From positions 1 through 24,047 of the forward strand of contig CAZCAK010000001.1 of assembly GCA_964496605.1 (NCBI GenBank): DNA of 24,047 nucleotides, in the 5' to 3' direction. The notes beneath the pieces are model-generated. The model was not told where the DNA came from, ran no database searches, and was given only the letters and a program-made list of their open reading frames with translations. Below are positions 8,975 to 17,264 of this stretch, piece by piece. Positions within the stretch are counted from its first letter, which is position 1; each line of letters begins with the position of its first letter. The stretch comes from an uncultured Acidiferrobacteraceae bacterium (GTDB taxonomy: Bacteria; Pseudomonadota; Gammaproteobacteria; Acidiferrobacterales; CAZCAK01). The translations under genes and the position numbers were made by a program.

Positions 8975-9211
8975 TTAACGCTTTTTGCGGCTGCTGCGCT
9001 TCTGCGTCGTGCGCTTGCGCGTGCTGCGTTTTTTCTTGGTCGTGGACTTCTTTTTCTTGGTGCCGCTTTTTTTCTTGCCGGTCTGTTTGTACGACATACC
9101 GGCCTTAGTCAGCGCGATGGCAACCGCCTGTTTTTGCGGCTTGCCGTGGTGTACTTCGGTTTTGATGTTTTCACTTACCGCCTTGCGGGATTTTCCGGAT
9201 TTCAACGGCAT
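8975..9211 (-). CDS. Small, very basic hypothetical protein (MPLKxGKS...KPQKQAVAIAL core plus K/R/S/T-rich tail)
   Basis: ATG with AGAGG SD. The N-terminal 38 aa resemble a small-protein family I recall from bacteria and phages (unverified). 29 of 78 residues are K/R and 2 are acidic. Confidence 0.75.
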   Translation of the reverse strand: MPLKSGKSRKAVSENIKTEVHHGKPQKQAVAIALTKAGMSYKQTGKKKSGTKKKKSTTKKKRSTRKRTTQKRSSRKKR

Positions 9212-9263
9212 AAGGCCTCTTTACAGTTTTGTCCGCGGCAAAACTAACACCGTTTAACGCCAA

Positions 9264-11528
9264 TCACGTGAGACTTACGACGGAACCGGAGGCGACCCGC
9301 TTCAACATCGGCTTGCTGTGTAGATGCGCGAAGCGGCGATGCGGCACGTTCGCCGACGGCATACCGACGTGATAACCCTGAATGTAGTCGACCTTATAAC
9401 GCTTCAGCAGGTTAATCGTCGCCTCATCGCGCACGAACTCGGCAATCACTTCCTTACCCAAAGCCTTCGCCACCTGTGCAATCGCGCGCACCATGGCTTG
9501 GTCCATCGGCTCATGGGCCATGTTCTCAATGAACGAACCGTCAATCTTGATATAACTGACCGGGAAATGTTTCAGATAGCTAAAGGAGCTGAAACCGACG
9601 CCAAAATCGTCGAGCGAGAAGCGACAACCGGCATCGATTAAGGTCTGCATCAGGCGCCGCGCCTTGTCCATATAGCGCACCGCGATTTGTTCGGTAATTT
9701 CGAATACCACCGCCGCCGGGGGGATGCCGAGCGCTTTTAAGCGCTCGGTAATGAGCTGAACGATCGCCGGGTCTTCCAGGCTCTGTCCGGACAGATTAAT
9801 CGAGAAGGTGACATCGCGTCCGTCGCGGCGAAAATGCGCTAGAGCCTCGAGCGCGTGTGCGATGACCCAGCGATCGATATCCGCCAGCAGACCGAAACGC
9901 TCCGCGACGCCCAAGAAGGCCGTGGGCGAAGACGCGTGGCCGTGGCCGTCCGGCATGCGCAATAGCACCTCGTAATACTCGTGCTCCGGGCCGTTCAACG
10001 CCATGATCGGTTGATACACCAAGCGGAAACTATTGTCTTTGAGCGCATGCTTGATTTGCTCAGCCCAACCGATGTCTTTCGACGTGTTGTCGAGCTCGTG
10101 CTGACTCTTTTCGTATAATTGATAACGATTGCGGCCGCTATTCTTGGCGTCGTAGCACGCGGTATCGGCATGCAGCATCGCCTCCTCGGCATTGAGGCAT
10201 TCCGGCGTGATCATGGCCACGCCGATGCTGCAACAGACATTGAACGTTTGCTGATTGCCGACAAAGTAGAAATTGCGCATCAAGTCCATCAATAGCCGTG
10301 CCACTTCCATGGCGCCAGTACGCGTGACACGGCGCACCAGTACCGTAAACTCGTCACCGCCGAAACGCGCGATCGTGTCGTTCTCGCGCAAGCGCGTCTT
10401 AATGAGCTGCGCCACTTGTACCAGCAGTTTGTCGCCCTCGGCATGGCCGAGCATGTCGTTGACGTACTTAAAGCGGTCCAAGTCGATGAACAGCAACGCG
10501 CTGGCACCGCCCTCAGCCTTCACCCGCGTGATCTCGGCCGCGAGTAAATCGGAAAAATACTTGCGGTTATAAAGACCGGTCAGCGGATCGTGTTCCGCCA
10601 GACGACGCAGGGTCGCATCGCGCTCTTTGACCGCGCTGATCGTCGCGTTGAGCGCGATGCCGATGGCGGCGATTTCGGCGTCGCCCCGTTCCGCGACACT
10701 CACGTCGGTATCACCGTGCGCGAGCCGGGTTAACGGTGTTTGCAATTCGGTTAGAGGATGCAGCGCGCGCTTAATCAGCTTGCGGCCGATACCGATCGCG
10801 ATTAGAAATACGATGGCCGTCAGCATGCTGCCGAAGGCGATGCTCTTGGCGAGCGAATCGCGGTGCAGGTTCGGGTCGAGCCCGAGATCGATATACCCGA
10901 GTATGCGCGTTTGTTCGCCGCCGACTGCATCCAATCGGAAATTCAATAGGCCATCGGCATCGATGTAACGCGCCCGCACCGGGGCGATCACGCGCACATA
11001 ATGCGCCCCCAGATGCGAGCGCTGCACCGGGACGCTGCGGTCAAACAAAAAGGGCCGATCCTTGGCGGCTTGTCCCTTCAAACTCGAAAGCTGGTCCGCG
11101 TGCAACGCCGGAATATGAGCGGCGCGATCGCCATATTGGCGCAGCATGCGGCCGCGGGCGTCATAGAAACGGACGAACGCGATCTCCGGAAAATTCTTGA
11201 TACGATTTTCGATGTACGGCGGGTTACCACCGCCGACACCGTAAAGTGTCGAGCCGAAATCTTCCATTTCGGCGATCCATTGCAGCGCCTGCTTTTCCAA
11301 GCTGTCCTCAATCAGCCGACTGGAAGTCCACCAAAGTCCTAAGACACCGATGAGATAGATAATGAGCGCGCCCGAGACGAGCAAGATAATAAGGCGCGTC
11401 ACCAAACTGCGATTGCGCCGCGGCACGCAACGATGCATGCACCACTCGACCGCACGATGCGCCGCGTGATCGAGCGACCAACGTGCATTGGGAACCAAGT
11501 TCTGTGTTACCGCTTGATTAGCTGTCAT
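9264..11528 (-). CDS. Membrane-bound diguanylate cyclase/phosphodiesterase (TM-periplasmic-TM-HAMP-GGDEF-EAL), about 754 aa
   Basis: HDPLTGLYNR, DLDRFKYVND, REND-x5-GGDEF (intact I-site and active site), EVLLRM, FEITE, DDFGVGFSS, KIDGSF, QGY. Start moved to 11528 (AAGGA SD), overlapping the upstream stop. Confidence 0.9.
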   Translation of the reverse strand: MTANQAVTQNLVPNARWSLDHAAHRAVEWCMHRCVPRRNRSLVTRLIILLVSGALIIYLIGVLGLWWTSSRLIEDSLEKQALQWIAEMEDFGSTLYGVGGGNPPYIENRIKNFPEIAFVRFYDARGRMLRQYGDRAAHIPALHADQLSSLKGQAAKDRPFLFDRSVPVQRSHLGAHYVRVIAPVRARYIDADGLLNFRLDAVGGEQTRILGYIDLGLDPNLHRDSLAKSIAFGSMLTAIVFLIAIGIGRKLIKRALHPLTELQTPLTRLAHGDTDVSVAERGDAEIAAIGIALNATISAVKERDATLRRLAEHDPLTGLYNRKYFSDLLAAEITRVKAEGGASALLFIDLDRFKYVNDMLGHAEGDKLLVQVAQLIKTRLRENDTIARFGGDEFTVLVRRVTRTGAMEVARLLMDLMRNFYFVGNQQTFNVCCSIGVAMITPECLNAEEAMLHADTACYDAKNSGRNRYQLYEKSQHELDNTSKDIGWAEQIKHALKDNSFRLVYQPIMALNGPEHEYYEVLLRMPDGHGHASSPTAFLGVAERFGLLADIDRWVIAHALEALAHFRRDGRDVTFSINLSGQSLEDPAIVQLITERLKALGIPPAAVVFEITEQIAVRYMDKARRLMQTLIDAGCRFSLDDFGVGFSSFSYLKHFPVSYIKIDGSFIENMAHEPMDQAMVRAIAQVAKALGKEVIAEFVRDEATINLLKRYKVDYIQGYHVGMPSANVPHRRFAHLHSKPMLKRVASGSVVSLT

Positions 11529-12480
11529 GACGATCCTTCGCATTGAATGCTGCCGAGAGATCCTTATTCGCGACCGCAGCCGGTGCCGCGGCCCGAGGAG
11601 CCGAGATTTTCGCCTGTCGTAGCGATAAGATATTCGGACCGGGAATCGCATCGCCACGCGTATTCGCGGCGGCGATTAAACGCTGGACCACCAAGGTCGC
11701 GATGTCATCCGGTTCGGCATTTGCCGTCAATTGACCGCCCCAGGCACGATCGCCATTGACCAGCAATACCTGGCGCGCGCGCTGCGGCGATAGCATCTCG
11801 CGTAATACCGTGCGGCTGAGTACGCGGTTGTCCGGTAATACCCACCAGGCCCGAATTTCGCCGTTGCGCTCAAATGTGCGCAGCGTCGTCAAATCGGAAT
11901 CGGCGAGAAAATGCAGCAATTGTATGCCTTGGCGCGCAGCAGCGAGGCGCGCTTCGTTAATCACGGCATCGAGTCCGCTGCCGGTAATGACGCCGACACG
12001 ATCCAGGCGCGGATTCATTTTCTTCCAAGCGCGGAATTGCTCCTCGACCGCGGGCACCATGCTCACACCCTTCATCCACGGGCGCGGCAGATTCGCATCC
12101 ATATAATTGAACACCTGACAGAACACGATCTTCTTACGCGTCAATCGATGCGCGAGTTGCGCCGCGGGCAATCCGACCGCGGCCACCAGCGTCCGTGGGC
12201 TCGATTGCAGCTGAGCCTGCAACGCCGCGTCCGCTTGGGCTTGACCAGTAAGGCGATAGACTTCGACCGGGCCTGGCCACTGTTTCACAATACCGGCCAT
12301 GACCCGTCCGAACGGCGCCGAGGCGTCGCTTGCGATCACGATAAGCCCAGCGCCCTGGGCCGCGGTGGTATTCGGTGGCGAAGCGGTTTCGTGCAACTTG
12401 GACGGGCCGGCGCATCCCATGACTAGGACCAGCGCGCCTAAGAACGCGCAATACAAAGCGTTAAGCGAGTGAGCGGCCAT
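11518..12480 (-). CDS. Periplasmic ligand-binding (ABC substrate-binding-like) lipoprotein
   Basis: Hydrophobic signal ending LVLVMG-C; LVAAVG..AAQ, IVFCQVFNY, GVSM, RVGVITG, WWVLPDNRVL segments resemble ABC_sub_bind-type proteins. Start 12480 or 12522. Confidence 0.6.
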   Translation of the reverse strand: MAAHSLNALYCAFLGALVLVMGCAGPSKLHETASPPNTTAAQGAGLIVIASDASAPFGRVMAGIVKQWPGPVEVYRLTGQAQADAALQAQLQSSPRTLVAAVGLPAAQLAHRLTRKKIVFCQVFNYMDANLPRPWMKGVSMVPAVEEQFRAWKKMNPRLDRVGVITGSGLDAVINEARLAAARQGIQLLHFLADSDLTTLRTFERNGEIRAWWVLPDNRVLSRTVLREMLSPQRARQVLLVNGDRAWGGQLTANAEPDDIATLVVQRLIAAANTRGDAIPGPNILSLRQAKISAPRAAAPAAVANKDLSAAFNAKDRHDS

Positions 12481-12686
12481 GGCTGAGGTGGCCAGCTTCA
12501 ACACAGTAGCGCCTGCTGGCATCCGACTTAGGTCGGAACGTGAACCTGAGCGGCGGCTACGGGCGGATGAGCGGCAAGCTGCAAGGGGTCGTCTAACCGC
12601 CTATCCTTAAGGTATCGATTTACTAAGGTTTCTGGCCACGACCGGTCCTATTACGAATGGCACAGTATTTGAAATCTATTTTTCAT

Positions 12687-13751
12687 ATGAAGCGCTTTGC
12701 CTTACGCGTAGTCGTGGTCACTGCCCTCGTCGCCACCATTCACGGTTGCGCGAACTTCGGTTATTACGCCCAGTCGGTCAGTGGGCAAATGGAAATTCTT
12801 GGCAACCAAAAGCCGATCGAGGAACTGCTCGACGATTCCAATACCGATCCCGCCCTGCGCCAAAAATTGCGCGCGGTATTGCGCATGCGCGAGTTCGCGA
12901 GCCAAGAGCTGGGGCTGCCGAACAACGATAGCTATCGTTACTACGCCGACGTGAAGCGACCATACGTGTTATGGAATGTGTTCGCGACCCCGGAATTCTC
13001 AACCAAACTGAAATCGTGGTGTTTTCCCATCGCCGGCTGCGTCAATTATCGCGGTTATTTTTCCAAGCCGGCGGCGGATCACTTCGCGACGCAACTCCAA
13101 GGCCAAAACCAAGATGTGTTTGTCGGCGGCGTTGCAGCATATTCGACGCTGGGCTGGTTTCACGACCCAGTACTCAATACCGTACTTAGTCGCGACGAGA
13201 TCGATCTCGCGGGTCTCATCTTTCACGAGTTGGCGCACCAAGTGGTATATGTGCCAGACGATTCCTCGTTTAACGAATCGTTCGCCACCGCGGTAGAACT
13301 GGAAGGCGTGCGTCGCTGGTTGGAAAAAAACGGCAGCACCGCGAAGGTCGACGAGTACGCCAAGGCGAAATCGCGCCATGCGGAATTTTCCGCGCTGGTG
13401 TTACGCTACCGCGATCGCCTTGAGGCGCTTTATCAAGAAAAAATCGAGGCGCCGACGATGCGCGCGCGCAAGGCGCAGGAGTTTCAGAATCTGCAACGCG
13501 ATTATCACGCGCTGAAGCAAAGCTGGGGTGGATATAGCGGCTTCGATCGCTGGTTTGCCCGCGATCTGAATAATGCACACCTCGCCTCGGTCACCACTTA
13601 CACGCAATTGGTACCGGGATTCCAAGACCTGCTGAACGCACAAGGCGGCGATATGCGCCGCTTCTATCGCGCGGTAAAACAGTTGGCGAAGCAGGATCGG
13701 CCGGAGCGTCGCGCGGCACTGGCATCAAACGGGAATGTACCGCAATCTTGA
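12687..13751 (+). CDS. Putative zinc aminopeptidase (DUF2265-like), predicted lipoprotein
   Basis: YYAQSVSGQ, WCFPIAGCVNYRGYF, AYSTLGWFHDP, zinc motif HELAH-x(n)-NESFA; signal ending TIHG-C. Start 12687 preferred over 12657. Confidence 0.82.
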   Translation: MKRFALRVVVVTALVATIHGCANFGYYAQSVSGQMEILGNQKPIEELLDDSNTDPALRQKLRAVLRMREFASQELGLPNNDSYRYYADVKRPYVLWNVFATPEFSTKLKSWCFPIAGCVNYRGYFSKPAADHFATQLQGQNQDVFVGGVAAYSTLGWFHDPVLNTVLSRDEIDLAGLIFHELAHQVVYVPDDSSFNESFATAVELEGVRRWLEKNGSTAKVDEYAKAKSRHAEFSALVLRYRDRLEALYQEKIEAPTMRARKAQEFQNLQRDYHALKQSWGGYSGFDRWFARDLNNAHLASVTTYTQLVPGFQDLLNAQGGDMRRFYRAVKQLAKQDRPERRAALASNGNVPQS

Positions 13752-13792
13752 ACGAGCGCCGCGACGATCGCCGCGGCGTCATTCACCGTAAA

Positions 13793-14164
13793 CTAGTTCG
13801 GAAAGCTGGGGCTGCCGGCAGTAGCAAAGAGATGTAAATGCGGTGCGTTCGGCCGGCGTTCACCCACCGGCACTACCCCCGCCTGAGCACGCAGGGATGC
13901 GCGTAATACGCTCGCCTCTAAGGCATGATCCTTAACCGGACGAACGATCAGCAATAATCCCTTGAGGAATTTACCGTGCAAGGCGTCGATCGCGATGTGC
14001 GCCTGCGCCTCGTCGGCGATATGCACAAAGGCGTAACCCCGGGCGCGGTCATCGTCGTTGATGCCGACGAATTTGGCGAACACGACTTCGCCGAGACCTT
14101 GGAACAGCATATTGAGGTCGTCCTCACCCACTGCGCGCGATAGGTTACCGATGTAGAGATTCAT
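13793..14164 (-). CDS. RNA recognition motif (RRM) protein with C-terminal extension
   Basis: RNP2 LYIGNL and RNP1 RGYAFVHI, AI.ALHG. The MNLYIGNL start matches typical bacterial RRM N-termini; alternative start 14272. Confidence 0.75.
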   Translation of the reverse strand: MNLYIGNLSRAVGEDDLNMLFQGLGEVVFAKFVGINDDDRARGYAFVHIADEAQAHIAIDALHGKFLKGLLLIVRPVKDHALEASVLRASLRAQAGVVPVGERRPNAPHLHLFATAGSPSFPN

Positions 14165-14268
14165 AGCGGTGTCTCGACGTTTATTGTTATGAGTATGGTT
14201 CGCGCCGCCGCCTTGTACAGCGTCGTGCCTGCCTTTGGTCCGCACGCCTTCGCCGGATGTCTTTTCGC

Positions 14269-15162
14269 TCATGGTCGCAGGTAGCGCGGCAATACTTCCT
14301 CTAAGTGCGCCGGAGTAATGCCGAACTCGGCCGGAAGTCCTTCGGGACATACACTATCGCGTTGCAAGGAGGCCAGATTATCGCGCGTCAGCGGCTTACC
14401 GGGAAAATGTTCCAGCAAGCGCGCCTGCCACTCGCTCAACTGCGGTCCGAGATCAACGATGCGCCGCTCGATGCCGGCGAATTGTGCAACCCGCGCCACG
14501 ATCTCGTGCAAGGTATAAACCGTCGGGCCGCAGAGATTCAATTCGCGTCCGGCAGTATGACGATGACGCAATAGATAGGCGAATACGGCGACGACGTCTT
14601 CGACATAAATCGGCTGCAAACGGCTGGCGGCGCCGGCCAAGGGAAAGACCCCCGGGATTCGCCGCAACCAATGCGCAAACATGCGGGTAAACCGATCGTG
14701 CGGACCAAAGATAACGGAGGGCCGAACGATGGTCGCGGCGAATGCCAGGCCGGCATTGCGCATCACCGCCTCGCCCGCCGCCTTGCTGCGCAAATAGGCG
14801 CTCGGTGCATCGGGAGTCGCGCCGAGCGCGCTCATATGAATCAGTCGCGCGACGCCGGTGTCGCGGCAGGCGGCGACGATGCGGCGCGGCAATTCGACGT
14901 GAACTTGATCGAAACTGGCGGCGCGGCTCGGATGTAAGATACCGACCAAATTCACCACCGCATCCATGCCGCGGAATTCCTGCTTCAGCAAGGCGGGGTT
15001 CATTGGGTCGCCTTGCACCACATGTGCCGTCGGCAAAACCAATAAATCCCGATGACGCTCACGATGACGCGTCACGATGCGCACGTAGTGGCCCTCAGTC
15101 ACGAGCCGCGCTGCCAGCTCGCGGCCAACGAAACCAGTGCCGCCTAATAGGCAAATTTTCAT
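14269..15162 (-). CDS. Atypical SDR, complex I NDUFA9-like NAD-dependent epimerase family
   Basis: GGTGFVG, VVNLVGIL, HMSALGA, SAYLRSKAAGE, RPSVIFG, LQPIYVEDV; this gene commonly sits next to slt and cca. Confidence 0.88.
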   Translation of the reverse strand: MKICLLGGTGFVGRELAARLVTEGHYVRIVTRHRERHRDLLVLPTAHVVQGDPMNPALLKQEFRGMDAVVNLVGILHPSRAASFDQVHVELPRRIVAACRDTGVARLIHMSALGATPDAPSAYLRSKAAGEAVMRNAGLAFAATIVRPSVIFGPHDRFTRMFAHWLRRIPGVFPLAGAASRLQPIYVEDVVAVFAYLLRHRHTAGRELNLCGPTVYTLHEIVARVAQFAGIERRIVDLGPQLSEWQARLLEHFPGKPLTRDNLASLQRDSVCPEGLPAEFGITPAHLEEVLPRYLRP

Positions 15163-15239
15163 AAGGGAACCTTTTATCTGCGCACAGATCTCGCGCGCGA
15201 GCGCATTATGCGCAAAGCGCCGATGCCGGTCGAGTCGTG

Positions 15240-17171
15240 CTAACTATTTGGTGCTACCGGCGGCATGCGCTGCACCAGTCGCGCGCCGCCATTACCCAAA
15301 CGGTGGTTGTAAACGGTGGTAAAGGCGAGGACGTTTTTGACGTAATTACGCGTTTCGTTAAACGGAATGGTATCGACCCAAATATCCGCGTCCATTGGCT
15401 CACTGTGCGGCAGCCATTCCTTAAGGCGATTCGGACCGGCGTTATAGGCCGCAGTTGCCAAAACCTGGTGGCCTTGTTGTTGATCGAGCACCAACTTTAA
15501 GTAATGTGCGCCGAGGCGCAGATTATTTTCGATGCGCAGGATCGCTTCATTGCTGCGGATATTGAGCTTGAGCGAACGTCCGGTAAAGCGCCCGGTCTGC
15601 GGCATGAGCTGCATCAAACCCAAGGCACCGGCCTGAGAACGCGCATCGGTCACGAATGCGCTTTCTTGGCGCATGATGCCGTAGACCCAACCGGGGTCGA
15701 TTTGGTTGGCCTGGGCGCTGGCCTCGACCATTTGTCGATAGAGGATCGGAAAGCGCAGTTCCAAGTCGTCGGCGTTATCGGTGCGCGCCATGGTCAAAAT
15801 CGCGCGGTCGTACCAACCCCATTGCGCCGCCAATACTGCCGCGACCTGGAGCTCGCGGTTGTTCATGGTCTTGATGGTGTAACTCCACTGGCGTCGCGCC
15901 GGCACGACTTCGCCGATGGTATACAACTCCTGCGCCAGCTGGATGCCGCGGCGCGCAAGCATGGCACCGATTTCCTCCGGACTGACATCGACACCGATAT
16001 GCTGAATCGCGTACGGGCGGTGCAAATGATCGGCCGCGAGAAATCCGTAGTAACCGCGCTCGCCGGCAAGCTTCTCATACAAGACCTGCGCATCTTTTTC
16101 GCGACCGAGTTTTTCGTTGATGCGGGCGCGCCAATAACGCCATTGCGCCTCGCGCTGTTCGGCATCGCTTAGGCCGTGTAAAAACGAATTCGCCAGCGCC
16201 CAATGGCCGCCGCGCACCGCAGCACGAATGCGCCAGTGGCGTAACATTTCATCGGCCGGCTCCGGTTGTACCGACGCCAGCCACTCGGCCGCGATCGGCA
16301 AGTGATCCTGCGCCGCGATTAATCCCACCCAGCGCACGACGTAATCGTTATCGGCCTTGGTAAAATCGTATTTCGTCTTGAGGCGATTCCACTCATCCAT
16401 CGCGACCTGCGCATCGCGCTGCGCCAAGCGCATGAGACCGTAGCGCACGATGGTGCGCGCACGTTCGCTGTCGACCGGATAATTGATGCGACGCAACTCG
16501 TGTCCCGGATCGCGGTGCATCGCCGACCAGCGTTGTACCCACACCCGCTCTTTTACCGGTAAATACGTCGCGAGGTGCTCGGCCAGACTGAGATTGCGCC
16601 GCTCCATCGCGAGCTTAATGCGCTCCCATACCAAGGCATCGCTCAGATGTCCGGCCTTGCGCCAAGGCGTAAACATCTCTTCGCAGACTGCGGGTAATTT
16701 ATTGCCGCTTAACCATAGGCTCCGCACCGCGGCCACATTGGCCGCGTTTTCCGGCTCGGCGCGGAATTGATGCGCGACATATTTGCAGCGCAGTTCGGTA
16801 TCGTCTTCGGGATCGCGATACTCGGCGAGGAAAGTCGTCCAGTCGCCGCGCTCGGCGAGATAGTGCAACCATTTGCGGCGTAGCAGATCAGCGACCGGAG
16901 CATCTTTATTGTCTTGCAGGAACCGGCGCAACTGTTCCGGCGAGGTGCCGGGAATGCGGTCTTTTAAGTACTCGTATTCGAGATATCCGGCTAACAGGTA
17001 GCCGCGCTCGCGCTCGAATAACTGCTGAAAACGCTTCATGTCCTTAGCGCGCAGGGCATCGAGCGCCGCGGCATAATTTTGGCGCTGCTGTTCCAAGGGG
17101 CTCGCCGCAAGCGCGTTTGCCACAAGCAAAAACAGGCCGAGTAACGCGCCCAGTCGTTTTATCAACATCAT
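15240..17171 (-). CDS. slt: Soluble lytic murein transglycosylase (Slt70-like)
   Basis: Signal peptide, long helical region, SLT motifs MRQESAF, GALGLMQLMP, AAYNAGP, ETRNYV. Confidence 0.92.
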   Translation of the reverse strand: MMLIKRLGALLGLFLLVANALAASPLEQQRQNYAAALDALRAKDMKRFQQLFERERGYLLAGYLEYEYLKDRIPGTSPEQLRRFLQDNKDAPVADLLRRKWLHYLAERGDWTTFLAEYRDPEDDTELRCKYVAHQFRAEPENAANVAAVRSLWLSGNKLPAVCEEMFTPWRKAGHLSDALVWERIKLAMERRNLSLAEHLATYLPVKERVWVQRWSAMHRDPGHELRRINYPVDSERARTIVRYGLMRLAQRDAQVAMDEWNRLKTKYDFTKADNDYVVRWVGLIAAQDHLPIAAEWLASVQPEPADEMLRHWRIRAAVRGGHWALANSFLHGLSDAEQREAQWRYWRARINEKLGREKDAQVLYEKLAGERGYYGFLAADHLHRPYAIQHIGVDVSPEEIGAMLARRGIQLAQELYTIGEVVPARRQWSYTIKTMNNRELQVAAVLAAQWGWYDRAILTMARTDNADDLELRFPILYRQMVEASAQANQIDPGWVYGIMRQESAFVTDARSQAGALGLMQLMPQTGRFTGRSLKLNIRSNEAILRIENNLRLGAHYLKLVLDQQQGHQVLATAAYNAGPNRLKEWLPHSEPMDADIWVDTIPFNETRNYVKNVLAFTTVYNHRLGNGGARLVQRMPPVAPNS

Positions 17172-17264
17172 GATGGAGGAAAGATCGAACGGTATGGAAC
17201 TATACTATTAATATATCGTTGGCTGAGACCTTCTCAAGCCCCTAACCTGCGGACGAGGCGACCA

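Noticed and set aside
8985-9257. Hydrophobic F/L-rich ORF antisense to the basic protein
   Set aside because: Explained as the reverse complement of Lys codons; the minus-strand ORF has an SD and a plausible family core.
11400-11528. His/Cys cluster (HAAH..WCMHRC) at the N-terminus of the GGDEF-EAL protein as a metal or heme site
   Set aside because: The start is uncertain (could be the later MHRC) and no known motif matches; cannot be supported without an alignment.
13752-13792. GC-rich hairpin between the convergent aminopeptidase and RRM genes
   Set aside because: No U-tract on either strand, so not called a terminator.
15504-16172. 222-aa antisense ORF in slt (similarly 2258-2914, 11911-12426, 17537-18001)
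   Set aside because: Entirely antisense to well-supported genes, with no recognisable domain.
17172-17220. Anti-SD-like TTCCTCC before slt and an AT-rich, partly palindromic divergent promoter region
   Set aside because: Likely holds overlapping promoters, but no specific operator or function could be supported.
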